From contig JAZKDJ010000001.1 in the NCBI GenBank assembly GCA_040387635.1, forward strand, positions 311,453-375,452: a stretch of 64,000 nucleotides of DNA, read 5' to 3'. A model generated the notes under the pieces. That model searched no databases. It had not been told where the DNA came from and saw only the letters and a list, made by a program, of their open reading frames with translations. Below, piece after piece: positions 1-9,823 of this stretch (positions are counted from its first letter, which is position 1; each line of letters opens with the position of its first letter). The position numbers were made by a program, and so were the translations under genes. The stretch comes from Patescibacteria group bacterium (GTDB lineage Bacteria; Patescibacteriota; Minisyncoccia; Phycocordibacterales; PALSA-1337).

Positions 1-97
1 ATAGGTTACGCTCCCTTCCCATAGCGTATCCAAAACCAAGGGAATCGTGAATGTCGTGTTTCGTGGAATTTAAAGCGACATCCATTAAAGCGGCCAT

Positions 98-180
98 GGG
101 GCTGTAAAACTCTACTACGCAATGTAGAAATGTATAAGAAAATCATATGCACCTGGGTTCGATTCCCAGCATCTCCACCA
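98..180 (+). tRNA. tRNA-like 3' segment (T-arm CTGGG-TTCGATT-CCCAG, 7-nt acceptor strand, discriminator A, CCA); the 5' half does not fold canonically
   Basis: A GGTTCGATTCC T-loop motif is followed by CATCTCC-A-CCA ending at 180. A candidate 5' acceptor strand GGGGCTG at 98-104 pairs at 6 of 7 positions, but the D and anticodon arms are non-canonical. This could be an intron-containing tRNA or a tRNA remnant. Confidence 0.3.
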
Positions 181-501
181 TTTAGTATCATACGCACACT
201 TATTGCTATTATTTCCAAAATCCACCCCCAATATTCCCCTCCCCTCCCAAAATACACCCATATATAGAGCCGTTTGAAAATTAATAAACATTAAAATCCC
301 ATGAATACACCTCAATAAAGCCGTAAAACCATAAAGTTTTTTCAAATTTCCGTCAAATCCTAGCTACTCACAAAGCTCATTTCCGAAGATGAATTTTTAG
401 TGCTTGTCGGCCAAAAGTAGGCTGTTATACTTGTACGACCATGGATGAAAACAAAGTGAAGATTAGAAAATAAACCATGGTAAACATTGAAAATTTAACA
501 A

Positions 502-2256
502 ATGAACATACTATCAAGTGCTCGAGGAATGGCTCTTGGAGCAGCACTGGTTCTAACTGTGATCTTAGGATCTGGCGTGAATCAGGTAGCGGCTCAGACG
601 ATTTCTTCTAATGGCTATACCGGTGCAGTGACGGTAAGCCCCTCTACTCCGACTGTTGGAAAGCAAATGACAATCGATGTAGGTATTACTAACTCATCCA
701 CCGGTATTCAGGACGGTATCGTCCAGGTACAGGTGTTCAATTCCTCAAACTCAAAGGTCTTTAGCAAAAACTTTGAGCATCAGGATGTTACTTCGGAACA
801 CAGTGTGAACCTTTCGGTTCCTTGGACACCGACGTCTGCGGGAAATTACTATGTAAAGGTTGGTGTTTTCAGCTCGACATGGAGCCAAAATCCGTTTTGG
901 ATAAATTCAATTAGTCCATTCACGGTGAAAACTGAAACTGTACAGACTCCAACTTCAACCTCTACACCGACAACTCCCCCTACCACGACAACTCCTACTA
1001 CCCCAACTTCACCGACCGTATCAGGTTCAGGTGCAGCAGCGGTAAAGAAACTGTATACAACAGCTACTGGAGGTAAGGAATGGTACTCAACATGGGACAA
1101 CGGTACTTCAAGAAAATTTAGTGGCGAAGATCCTCAGGATGCATGGTTTGATGCCGATCACGGTGACGCATCATACTCAGTAGACGGCAACGGTCATCTA
1201 TCGATCACAGGACAGTACCCTCGAATGTACATCCACGATCCAGCGCTCCAGAAAAGCTGGGGAAACGTTGAAATGACCGTGTATGCCAAGCGAGTTTCTG
1301 ACTCAAGCACACCTTGGGGAGGAATCGTAGGTATCGCACGAACCAATCACGGAACCACAGGTGATGAACTTCAAAACCCTTGTGACACCCGAGGTATTGG
1401 AGCACGAATGAGATATGACGGAAAACTCGACTTCGAGAAAGAAACTAGTCACCCAAGTTCTCAACCTGTACAAAGCAAGCAGCATTGGTCAGGAGGACTT
1501 CCTTACAACACATGGATTGGTTATAAGCATGTTGTGTACGACCTTCCAGACGGTAGCGTAAAGCAAGAACTCTGGATGGACACAACCGACGGTCTTAATG
1601 GCGGTGATTGGAAAAAGGTAAACGAATTCACTGACACCGGTTCGAACTTCGGCACAGCTGGAAAAGCATGTGCAGCAGGTATTAACCCAGGCATGAAACT
1701 AAATGCTGGAACAAGCCGAGCAGGTTCTGAATCAGGTAAACCAAACATCTCTGTTTATTGGAGAAGTGACGACGTTAACACAAACGGTCTAGTCTACAAG
1801 AAAATGAGCGTTCGAGAGATCAAGGCGTCGACAGCAACAACTCAGACTCCTACACCTACAATCTCTACAACAACAACTCCTACTACCCCTACCACGACTA
1901 CTACGACAAGCACTCCGGTAAGCGTTACTGCTAATGGATACACATCAACAATGTCCGTATCCCCTGCTATACCAGAAGTTGGTAAAGCTGCGACAGCGAA
2001 CGTAAAGGTCTCGACTACGGGATCAGGAATTACTAACGGAATCGTTCAAGTTCAGATCTTTAACTCTTCAAACTCAAAGATACTGAGCAAGAACTTTACA
2101 AGCCAAACCATTACATCTGGTAACCCCGTAAATGTATCGGTTCCTTGGACACCAGCTTCAGCTGGCAGCTATTACGTGAAGGTCGGTGTATTCAACTCAA
2201 CATGGAGCCAAAATCCATTTTGGGTAGATAACGCAGGATCCATCATAGTAAAATAG
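502..2256 (+). CDS. secreted multidomain protein with a signal peptide and two homologous ~100-aa beta-sandwich (CARDB-like) domains flanking a central ConA-like domain, joined by Thr/Pro-rich linkers; possible polysaccharide-active enzyme
   Basis: N-terminal hydrophobic signal peptide. The N- and C-terminal segments are about 60% identical by eye ([10 protein letters not shown]...[18 protein letters not shown] versus [10 protein letters not shown]...[18 protein letters not shown]). The [14 protein letters not shown] linkers are low-complexity. Confidence 0.7.
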   Translation: MNILSSARGMALGAALVLTVILGSGVNQVAAQTISSNGYTGAVTVSPSTPTVGKQMTIDVGITNSSTGIQDGIVQVQVFNSSNSKVFSKNFEHQDVTSEHSVNLSVPWTPTSAGNYYVKVGVFSSTWSQNPFWINSISPFTVKTETVQTPTSTSTPTTPPTTTTPTTPTSPTVSGSGAAAVKKLYTTATGGKEWYSTWDNGTSRKFSGEDPQDAWFDADHGDASYSVDGNGHLSITGQYPRMYIHDPALQKSWGNVEMTVYAKRVSDSSTPWGGIVGIARTNHGTTGDELQNPCDTRGIGARMRYDGKLDFEKETSHPSSQPVQSKQHWSGGLPYNTWIGYKHVVYDLPDGSVKQELWMDTTDGLNGGDWKKVNEFTDTGSNFGTAGKACAAGINPGMKLNAGTSRAGSESGKPNISVYWRSDDVNTNGLVYKKMSVREIKASTATTQTPTPTISTTTTPTTPTTTTTTSTPVSVTANGYTSTMSVSPAIPEVGKAATANVKVSTTGSGITNGIVQVQIFNSSNSKILSKNFTSQTITSGNPVNVSVPWTPASAGSYYVKVGVFNSTWSQNPFWVDNAGSIIVK

Positions 2257-2277
2257 CATCCTGGCACACAGGTACAG

Positions 2278-2316
2278 AAACCACCCCCTCTATATATAGA
2301 GGGGGTGGTTTTGTTC
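2278..2316 (+). terminator. rho-independent terminator (perfect 12-bp GC-rich stem CCACCCCCTCTA/TAGAGGGGGTGG followed by a T-tract)
   Basis: Inverted repeat at 2281-2308 followed by TTTTGTT. Confidence 0.8.
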
Positions 2317-2385
2317 TCGTTAATCTTCACTTAATAAAATAAACATAACATCAGACTCAGACTGCACTTTACAAGGAGGTTTAGA

Positions 2386-4059
2386 ATGAAAAAACTTATC
2401 TATATTATTGTTGTGTTAGCGCTCTATCGTGAAGGAACCGGTGAAGAACGAAGATTCAAACCAGAATCAACACCTCTTCCGGCCGCAATATTCCCTGCCA
2501 CGCCTGAGACACCCGAGATCCTCAAAGTCTCGTGGCCGTCATCTGCAGGCAAGGCATACGTCATCGAGACAACACCGTCGCTCGATATTCCATGGACAAC
2601 ATTCTCATTTGAACTCGGAGTTGATGAAGCAACTCGACGATCAATCGTCGTAGTGCCTTCAACAAAGTTCTTCCGGGTTTCGGAAGCGTCAACGTTTCAA
2701 ATCGACACCAGCGTAAATTGGTGCGTCGACTTCCCCAATCTTTCGTCGAACGAAGTACAGGAATGCAACGCCACATGGGTGTTTGATGATGAAGTCACCA
2801 ACTCCGTGAGTAGTGGCGGCATGTTGTCGCCACTCAGCCGGACGTATGAATCTCCAGGACTCAAATCGGCACAAGTGACGGTTGAGCGCGCTGGGGACAT
2901 TGTAAAAAGCGATTCCTGGGCCATCATGGTGACCAATGTTAATTTGATTGCTAACGGCGGCTTTGAGCAATCCTCAAACTCGCTGCCACTCAAATGGTTT
3001 AAGGGTGGGTACGGCACCAACACTCGATCACATACCTACCCCGTCCCTGGGGTAAATGGTAGTAGCAGAGCTGCACGTGTTGATATCACAAATAACACAT
3101 ACGGCGACGTCAAATGGTACAACGAACCAGTTCCAGTAACTGGAAACAGTACCTACGAAATAAGTTTGTATTACCACTCTACATCACCACTGAATCTCAC
3201 TGCGGAGACCAGGCTCACGAATAACAGCTTGACCTACCCATGGCTTACAACCGAACCAGCTTCGGTGTCGTGGCGCAAAGTTGTGATTCAATTCGTCACT
3301 CATCCTAACGCAAAAACAATAACGTTCTTCCCCGCCGTCACCAACGGATCACTGGTCATCGACGAAGCTTCCCTCACGAAGGTGTCTGGGCAACCAGTCA
3401 CGCCACGAGGCAGGGTCAGCTTGAGATTTGATGACGGGCATCGGGACACAACAATCACAACGTCCAACATCCTTCGTGGCCCCGGCTACAAAGGAAGCTA
3501 CTACATCGTCACAGATCGAGTGGGTCGCTCAGGGATCGTCACAGCGCAAGATGTGGTGAACCTGGACAAAGTTGGCCATGAAGTCGGCGGACATACGTTG
3601 ACCCATGCCGACCTTACTACACTCAGTCTGGCAACAGCCGAGCGAGAGATTAATCTCTGCCGCGATGCACTCCTCTCATGGGGAGTGAGATCAGTAACCA
3701 CGTTTGCATACCCGTTTGGTTCTTACAACGCCACAGTAAGGCAGCTGACAAAAGAAGCTGGCTATGCTGCAGCGTGCGGAACCGGGAGCGGACTTAATGA
3801 CAAAGCCACACTTGATCCATATGCACTGAAAGGCACGAGCATTCGCTCTTCCATGACAGTGGATAATGTGAAGGCCATGATTGACCAGGCTTTGCTCGAG
3901 AATAAGTGGCTCATTCTAACCTTCCATCACGTTGATTCCACCGTGTCGGAATATAGCGTTACCCCTGCCTACTTTCAGCAGGTGGTAAACTATCTCGTTT
4001 CAAAAAACGCACAAGTAGTAACTGTCCGTGAAGGACACAAACTTCTTACTGCACCGTGA
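2386..4059 (+). CDS. secreted polysaccharide deacetylase (CE4/NodB domain) with an N-terminal carbohydrate-binding-module-like domain
   Basis: Signal peptide; CBM4/9-like segment (NLIANGGFEQ...W). The C-terminal NodB motifs are LRFDDGHRD, GHEVGGHTLTHADL and FAYPFGSYN. Confidence 0.8.
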   Translation: MKKLIYIIVVLALYREGTGEERRFKPESTPLPAAIFPATPETPEILKVSWPSSAGKAYVIETTPSLDIPWTTFSFELGVDEATRRSIVVVPSTKFFRVSEASTFQIDTSVNWCVDFPNLSSNEVQECNATWVFDDEVTNSVSSGGMLSPLSRTYESPGLKSAQVTVERAGDIVKSDSWAIMVTNVNLIANGGFEQSSNSLPLKWFKGGYGTNTRSHTYPVPGVNGSSRAARVDITNNTYGDVKWYNEPVPVTGNSTYEISLYYHSTSPLNLTAETRLTNNSLTYPWLTTEPASVSWRKVVIQFVTHPNAKTITFFPAVTNGSLVIDEASLTKVSGQPVTPRGRVSLRFDDGHRDTTITTSNILRGPGYKGSYYIVTDRVGRSGIVTAQDVVNLDKVGHEVGGHTLTHADLTTLSLATAEREINLCRDALLSWGVRSVTTFAYPFGSYNATVRQLTKEAGYAAACGTGSGLNDKATLDPYALKGTSIRSSMTVDNVKAMIDQALLENKWLILTFHHVDSTVSEYSVTPAYFQQVVNYLVSKNAQVVTVREGHKLLTAP

Positions 4060-4079
4060 GGTGTGGATCCCAAACAACA

Positions 4080-4117
4080 AATTGCCTGGCGGCTCTCGCT
4101 GCCAGGCAATTTTCTTT
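4080..4117 (+). terminator. rho-independent terminator
   Basis: ATTGCCTGGCGG...CTGCCAGGCAAT stem followed by TTTTCTTTC. Confidence 0.7.
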
Positions 4118-4167
4118 CATATAGCTTTCATCATTTACTTGTAAGATTTTATTAAATTGTTCTTTTT

Positions 4168-4722
4168 ATGACTACGCTTGAAGAAATCCCTGATTCCACA
4201 GTTTCTATAAAAGTGGAGGACGCTCAATTTATTATTGGCCTTGGCGAACGTTTGAGAAAAGCCATGGACTCAAGCAGCCCTCATGCCACGCATGAGGAGA
4301 TTGCGCCACCTACACACAGGATGTATGTCGAGCTTCTCGGCAAAAGTCCTTGGCTGGCTTTAAATTCCAAAGGTGAGGAACTCGTTATTTCCAATAACCT
4401 CGAGTATGCACGCGATGGTTGGGCGGGCTTGTACGAGCATTTTTATCCCAACCTTTTAGACAACAGCACGTTCGGTGCATGGATGAATCTCCTGCCCCAG
4501 CCTGTTTCTCTCAGGTTTGATGATAGTGCTGGGACTATGGCTGCCATCATTTCTTGGAACGGACACGAGCCCCGAGTCCATCAATCAGAAAAAATGATAC
4601 GGTATCGCATACCAGCAGTGCAATGTTGCTCTCGTGCAATACTCGGCCGATGGGAGTGGGCGCGGGCCGAAGTGTATGTCAAAGCTTGGGAGCACATGAC
4701 TTCATTTACACCTGCCAAATGA
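4168..4722 (+). CDS. hypothetical protein
   Basis: 184-aa ORF co-oriented within the polysaccharide locus, with a terminator directly downstream. No motif recognised. Confidence 0.45.
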   Translation: MTTLEEIPDSTVSIKVEDAQFIIGLGERLRKAMDSSSPHATHEEIAPPTHRMYVELLGKSPWLALNSKGEELVISNNLEYARDGWAGLYEHFYPNLLDNSTFGAWMNLLPQPVSLRFDDSAGTMAAIISWNGHEPRVHQSEKMIRYRIPAVQCCSRAILGRWEWARAEVYVKAWEHMTSFTPAK

Positions 4723-4734
4723 AAAACAAATTTC

Positions 4735-4766
4735 AAGGCGGTCTGCATGCAGACCGCCTTTTCTTG
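4735..4766 (+). terminator. rho-independent terminator (GGCGGTCTGCATGCAGACCGCC followed by TTTTCTTG)
   Basis: Perfect palindrome followed by a T-tract. Confidence 0.8.
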
Positions 4767-4882
4767 TCCTCTCTTGTCTTTCATCTGTCTTTCATGGAGA
4801 TAACTTATGCTTGAAATACTTAGCGATAAGTGCAAAAAGAAACAGCTAATAGATTACCCAGCACAAAAAATAATAACGACTT

Positions 4883-6232
4883 ATGAGCAAACATGAAAAG
4901 AAAACAATATGCATTGTTGGATTGGGTTATGTAGGACTACCGCTTGCAGTCCTTGCGGCCAAGAAAGGATACAACGTTATAGGCATTGATAAGGACGAAA
5001 CAAAAGTCACGCTTCTAAATAACAACATACTTCCCTTTCAGGACGACAAGAAGATGGCAGAAGATTTTAAAAAAGTTAAAATTGAAGCGACAAATACTTT
5101 TGAAAGAGTCGGCGAAACCTCCATCGCAATCGTTTGTGTACCAACCCCTGTTGATGAAGCGCACAATCCAGATCTTGGCCCAGTGAAAAGCGCTGTAAGC
5201 GGCATTGGTAAATACATAAGCAAAGGCCATTTGGTGATCATCGAATCTACAATTAACCCTGGCGTATGCGAGAGTATCATTTTACCTATCCTAGAAAAAA
5301 CTTCTGGACTAAAAGCTGGAAAAGATTTTTATCTTTCACACTGCCCTGAACGAATCAACCCTGGAGACAAGAAATGGACGGTAAGAAATATTCCTAGAGT
5401 TGTAGGAAGTCTCGAGTCAGCAGGTCTCAAAAAGACAGTAGCATTCTACAAATCAATCGTTGAAGCTGAGATTCGCCCTATGGCCTCCCTTAAGGAAGCA
5501 GAAGCAGTAAAGATCGTAGAGAATGCATTCCGAGACATCAACATCGCTTTCGTAAACGAGCTTGCTCAGTCCTTCTCGCATCTCAATATAGATACGGTCA
5601 ACGTGATCAATGGCGCGGCCACAAAGCCTTTCTCATTCCTTCCCCATTACCCATCATGTGGCGTAGGAGGACACTGTATTCCAGTTGATCCATACTATCT
5701 TATTGATTACGCGCGACGAAACGGCTTCAATCACCGATTCCTCTCTCTTGCTCGAAACATTAACAACAGCATGCCACAGTTTACTGTTGATTTAGCAAAA
5801 GAACTTCTTGGTGAAAAAAATATTCCAATCTCAAAAGCAAAAATTACTGTGCTTGGACTTTCATACAAAGCAAACGTCAGTGACTGTCGTGAGAGTCCTT
5901 CCTTCAAAATAATTGAGGAACTCAAGCACCAAGGAGCCGACGTTGCAGTTTATGATCCATACGTCAAAGAGAAATCAACCGTAAATTCTACTGAGGAAGC
6001 AGTCAACAAAGCGGATGTTGTTATCATTGCCGCAGCGCACAAGGAATTCTGCAACCTGACGCCAAAATTCTTTCTAAAGCACAAGGTTAATGCAATTGTC
6101 GACGGACAAAACTGTCTTAACAAGGAGAAATTTACAGCAGCGGGAATTATCTACGAAGGAATAGGCCGACATCATTATCATGACAACCTCAACACTCACC
6201 ACAGAAACATCAAACAGAAAGCTCTACAATAG
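4883..6232 (+). CDS. nucleotide-sugar 6-dehydrogenase (UDP-glucose / UDP-N-acetyl-hexosamine dehydrogenase family)
   Basis: N-terminal Rossmann motif ICIVGLGYVGLPLA. Central and C-terminal regions are typical of the Ugd/WecC/HasB family (GGHCIPVDP, LGLSYKANVSDCRESP). Confidence 0.85.
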   Translation: MSKHEKKTICIVGLGYVGLPLAVLAAKKGYNVIGIDKDETKVTLLNNNILPFQDDKKMAEDFKKVKIEATNTFERVGETSIAIVCVPTPVDEAHNPDLGPVKSAVSGIGKYISKGHLVIIESTINPGVCESIILPILEKTSGLKAGKDFYLSHCPERINPGDKKWTVRNIPRVVGSLESAGLKKTVAFYKSIVEAEIRPMASLKEAEAVKIVENAFRDINIAFVNELAQSFSHLNIDTVNVINGAATKPFSFLPHYPSCGVGGHCIPVDPYYLIDYARRNGFNHRFLSLARNINNSMPQFTVDLAKELLGEKNIPISKAKITVLGLSYKANVSDCRESPSFKIIEELKHQGADVAVYDPYVKEKSTVNSTEEAVNKADVVIIAAAHKEFCNLTPKFFLKHKVNAIVDGQNCLNKEKFTAAGIIYEGIGRHHYHDNLNTHHRNIKQKALQ

Positions 6233-7505
6233 CATCATAATCATCCTCACATGTATTGTTATTGTAGGCATCATCGTAGTTAAATCGAGGAACTTCAATG
6301 ATTTCTCGGGTGACTATTTCCTGATCTCCTACGCACTTCTAGTTACCCTCTTTCAGACCTCGCGTGTTGTAAGTGCCCTACTCTACAAATATTCAAACAA
6401 AGGTCTTCTTGCACCCCCGTCGGACTGGAACGCAAACGATACCTATGAACCTATCGTCACCTTCGTCGTGCCATGCAAAAACGAAGAAGGCGCAATTAGG
6501 AACACAGTAACAAAATGCCTTGATGCAAATTACCCCAAAGACAAAATCGAAGTTATCGTTATTAATGACGGAAGTACCGATCGTACCGGAGAAATTCTCG
6601 ATGAAATGAAAAAGGAACTTCCGGAACGACTTACAATCATTCATTGGAAAAAGAACCGAGGCAAGCGCCATGGCATGGCTGAGGGATTCGCGAGAGCACG
6701 AGGAGAAATTATTGTGCAGCTTGATAGTGATAGCTACATCATGCCTGATAACTTCAAGAAGCTTATTGAGCCATTTAGGAATGAATCTATTGGTGCAGTA
6801 TGTGCACATGCCGATCCAGACAACTCAGACGAAAATATGCTAACGAGAATGCAGGCGGCATACTACTTCGTTTCATTCAGAATCATGAAAGCCGCAGAAT
6901 CAACCTACGGCCTAGTCTTCTGCTGCAGTGGCTGCTGTTCCGCATACCGTAAAACAGCTGTGATGCCCATCATGGAGCAATGGCTCAATGAACAATTCTT
7001 AGGAGCACTCGTCACATGGGGTGATGACCGAAGTCTCACGAGCTGGGTTATTCGCCAGGGATACAAAACCATTTACACCGACCAGGCAAAATCTGTAACC
7101 ATTGTGCCGTCTACTCTGAGACAATTCATCGTCCAACAGGTACGATGGAAAAAAAGCTGGATCATTAACGCATTCTTTACAGGACGGTTCATTATCAAAA
7201 AAGAACCTTTCATTGCTCTGCTGTATTACTATCCACTTATCCTAATAAGCATTCTTACGCCATTCATGGCAGCGCGTGCACTTGTTTACATGCCCTTCAC
7301 CATAGGAGTAGCAAGTACACTGTACTACCTCCTTGGAATTGCACTGGTAACTTCCCTCTTTATTCTCGTGTACCGTGCCATCGCTCCTGAAAATAAATAC
7401 TGGCCATACATGTACGCATGGTCTGGCTTCAGTACATTTTTTCTAACGTTCCTTATCTTCTATGCCGCAGCAACTCTCCAGAATCGAGGCTGGGGTACGC
7501 GTTAA
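6180..7505 (+). CDS. integral-membrane processive family-2 glycosyltransferase of the hyaluronan-synthase / NodC / chitin-synthase class
   Basis: N-terminal and C-terminal TM helices, a DGSTD nucleotide-sugar motif, a GDDRSLT motif (compare HasA GDDRHLT and chitin synthase EDRxLT) and QQVRW (QxxRW). The start overlaps the upstream dehydrogenase gene by 53 nt. Confidence 0.8.
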   Translation: MTTSTLTTETSNRKLYNSIIIILTCIVIVGIIVVKSRNFNDFSGDYFLISYALLVTLFQTSRVVSALLYKYSNKGLLAPPSDWNANDTYEPIVTFVVPCKNEEGAIRNTVTKCLDANYPKDKIEVIVINDGSTDRTGEILDEMKKELPERLTIIHWKKNRGKRHGMAEGFARARGEIIVQLDSDSYIMPDNFKKLIEPFRNESIGAVCAHADPDNSDENMLTRMQAAYYFVSFRIMKAAESTYGLVFCCSGCCSAYRKTAVMPIMEQWLNEQFLGALVTWGDDRSLTSWVIRQGYKTIYTDQAKSVTIVPSTLRQFIVQQVRWKKSWIINAFFTGRFIIKKEPFIALLYYYPLILISILTPFMAARALVYMPFTIGVASTLYYLLGIALVTSLFILVYRAIAPENKYWPYMYAWSGFSTFFLTFLIFYAAATLQNRGWGTR

Positions 7506-7514
7506 AACAATCAC

Positions 7515-9065
7515 ATGACTCACCTTCAGAAAATGAAACTTTATTTTATCCTATTCAGCATCGGCATCCTCATCGCCGGATACTTTATTGCTACTGGATA
7601 TCACACTGCTTCCTTCAAACTGACACGGAACATGGCTGCGTGGAAATATCATGCTCGGGCCGAGAAGGCTGGAGTTGATCAGGTTGTATATGCTCAACCA
7701 TCAAGCAGAGAGCAAGCAATTCCAGTCATCGTATATCACGGCCTTCTGGAAGAAGAAGATTCTGACCGACCAAACTTTACAACTGAAAAATTTGAAGATC
7801 ACATATTTTCACTCAAGAAGGCTGGGTACAATTCAATAACTGTTGATGATCTTTATAAATTTCTCAAAAATGAAGCTACACTGCCTCCCAATCCAATCCT
7901 AATCACCTTCGACGACGGACGCACCGACAGCCTCAAATTCGCAGATCCGATATTGCGAGCCGTACATTACAACGCTGTTATGTTCGCTATTGGTACACAC
8001 TCTATTGGCAATGAGCGTAGAGGAAAATATTACCTGACGCCTTTTGAGCTCAAGTCCATGGCCAACACCGATGTGTGGGACGTGGAGGCTCATAGTTTCG
8101 ATGGTCACGGCAACTATCCCCTCTCTGGAGACGAAAACGATACCGGACATTTCTTCGGATCTGCTTTTTGGCTTCAGAATGAGAACCGAAGCGAAACTCC
8201 GGAAGAATCCGCAGAACGAATCAGTAACGACATGCAAAAAATCAAAAGCAACTTGGAAGAAAGTTTGGAGAAGCCTGTCATCTCGTTCGCATATCCCTTC
8301 GGAGATTACGGACAAAATAATTTCAGGCAACCTCACATGCGAGATATAACACTTGCGGCAACCAAACAATTCTACAAGCTAGCCTTTTATCAAAACGCTC
8401 CAGGATATCGATACACCCTCGCCTATCGAGATCCCGACAAAGTGAATGAGGATTTCTTTCTGATTCGAAGAATCAACATTGATGCATCTATGTCAGGTGA
8501 AGACCTCGTCAAAGCAATAGAGAGAGGTCAACTCAAAGATCTCCCCTTTGAAGACGACTTCTCAATGGCCAGAGGTTGGATATCACAGTGGGGTGAGTCA
8601 ACAATCGCTCCCAATAAACTTTCGCTTCGACCAGAGCCTGGAGGAACAGGTGGAGATGTTGTTCTTGATGGTTCTCAACTATGGAGGAACTACGAGGTAA
8701 CTGCAGAAGTAGAGTCTACAAACCGCACTGGAGTATACATCATCGTAAGGTTTGCTGATGACAAAAATTATGCTGGATGCAATTTCTCTAACGGATTCAT
8801 CCACGTGCAGGATATCGTCGACGGCAAAACTCGCGTCGCAAAGGGTGTGAGGTCATCAAATATTTCTATTCCTAGTGGAAACTTTACAATCAAAGCCTCC
8901 GTGAAAGACAGAACCCTTCAATGCACCATGGGAGGAACAACTGTTTCAACTGAATTCCTTGATGAATCTCTCAACAAAGGCGGCGTAGGTTTTAAAGCAT
9001 GGGATGAAACTCCAGGCCTCAGCGATGTACATATTAGGAATGTGAGTGTTACGCCTTTGGAATAA
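7515..9065 (+). CDS. membrane-anchored polysaccharide deacetylase (CE4/NodB) with a C-terminal ConA-like lectin/glucanase (DUF1080-like) domain
   Basis: N-terminal TM helix. NodB motifs ILITFDDGRTDS and FAYPFGDYG. The C-terminal 170 aa resemble a jelly-roll lectin domain. Confidence 0.75.
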   Translation: MTHLQKMKLYFILFSIGILIAGYFIATGYHTASFKLTRNMAAWKYHARAEKAGVDQVVYAQPSSREQAIPVIVYHGLLEEEDSDRPNFTTEKFEDHIFSLKKAGYNSITVDDLYKFLKNEATLPPNPILITFDDGRTDSLKFADPILRAVHYNAVMFAIGTHSIGNERRGKYYLTPFELKSMANTDVWDVEAHSFDGHGNYPLSGDENDTGHFFGSAFWLQNENRSETPEESAERISNDMQKIKSNLEESLEKPVISFAYPFGDYGQNNFRQPHMRDITLAATKQFYKLAFYQNAPGYRYTLAYRDPDKVNEDFFLIRRINIDASMSGEDLVKAIERGQLKDLPFEDDFSMARGWISQWGESTIAPNKLSLRPEPGGTGGDVVLDGSQLWRNYEVTAEVESTNRTGVYIIVRFADDKNYAGCNFSNGFIHVQDIVDGKTRVAKGVRSSNISIPSGNFTIKASVKDRTLQCTMGGTTVSTEFLDESLNKGGVGFKAWDETPGLSDVHIRNVSVTPLE

Positions 9066-9154
9066 TTGAGTGAAGCCCACCTCGTGAAGGTCTTCTCTTT
9101 TGTTGCCAAACTCCCCTTTTCGCCTATACTGCAATAAGAACAACAAAATAGCTT

Positions 9155-9640
9155 ATGACTGCAGCGATACGCGGAACGTTTAGCAAAGCAATGGCGCTTA
9201 ATAGCATTCTTTACAATCTTCCGCTCGCACATCGCGAGACGGTGGCCGCACACGAAGACGACGAGCCGAAATTTTGGATGAGGGAGACAAACCTCATTGA
9301 AGACTCTGAAATTCTCAGGATGTGGCGCGAGCTGCAAAGTTCCGACATCCTGGTTCAAGCTCGTGGGCATTCACGGCTCATGATCGCCCTCGGGGCAATT
9401 GTCCATCGATTCCATTGGCTGGTAAGAAACCACAATGATGAAATCATGGGGTGGTACGACGCTAAAAAATTGTGCCCCGTACGGAGAGCAATTGAGCGCC
9501 GCTACAAGGTGATCGATTCGAATGCTCCGTGCTTCGTGTTCCCCACCAGCGATCCGCGAAATGTTTCAATGCATCTCGCAGCCATGATCATCATGGCCGA
9601 ACTGTTCTCTTATCTTCCACCTGTGGGCGAAAGCAAATAA
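9155..9640 (+). CDS. hypothetical protein
   Basis: 161-aa ORF with a terminator downstream. No motif recognised. Confidence 0.4.
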   Translation: MTAAIRGTFSKAMALNSILYNLPLAHRETVAAHEDDEPKFWMRETNLIEDSEILRMWRELQSSDILVQARGHSRLMIALGAIVHRFHWLVRNHNDEIMGWYDAKKLCPVRRAIERRYKVIDSNAPCFVFPTSDPRNVSMHLAAMIIMAELFSYLPPVGESK

Positions 9641-9660
9641 ATATCGCACACGTTTCAAGC

Positions 9661-9692
9661 AAGCTGGCTCGCAAGGGTCAGCTTTCTTTTTA
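9661..9692 (+). terminator. rho-independent terminator (10-bp stem with a GCAA loop followed by UCUUUUU)
   Basis: AAGCTGGCTC-GCAA-GGGTCAGCTT followed by TCTTTTT. Confidence 0.55.
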
Positions 9693-9823
9693 CCTAATTG
9701 TTATTTTTTAGCTAAGCCTTGATCTTATTCAGAAGAATGGTAAAACAATATATATTTATTGTAATACGATAAATGATGTGATACGATTATTTTACTGAAT
9801 TAACACATAAATTTTTCACCATT

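Noticed and set aside
6-345. Two short minus-strand ORFs at the left edge.
   Set aside because: They overlap the tRNA-like segment and the promoter region of the first gene. No coding signal.
959-1020. Tandem ACN/CCN repeats (also at 1837-1920 and 46740-46950) that look like short DNA repeats.
   Set aside because: They are in-frame codon repeats encoding Thr/Pro-rich or Gly/Thr-rich interdomain linkers of secreted proteins. They are not CRISPR or satellite repeats, and I saw no repeat-spacer architecture anywhere.
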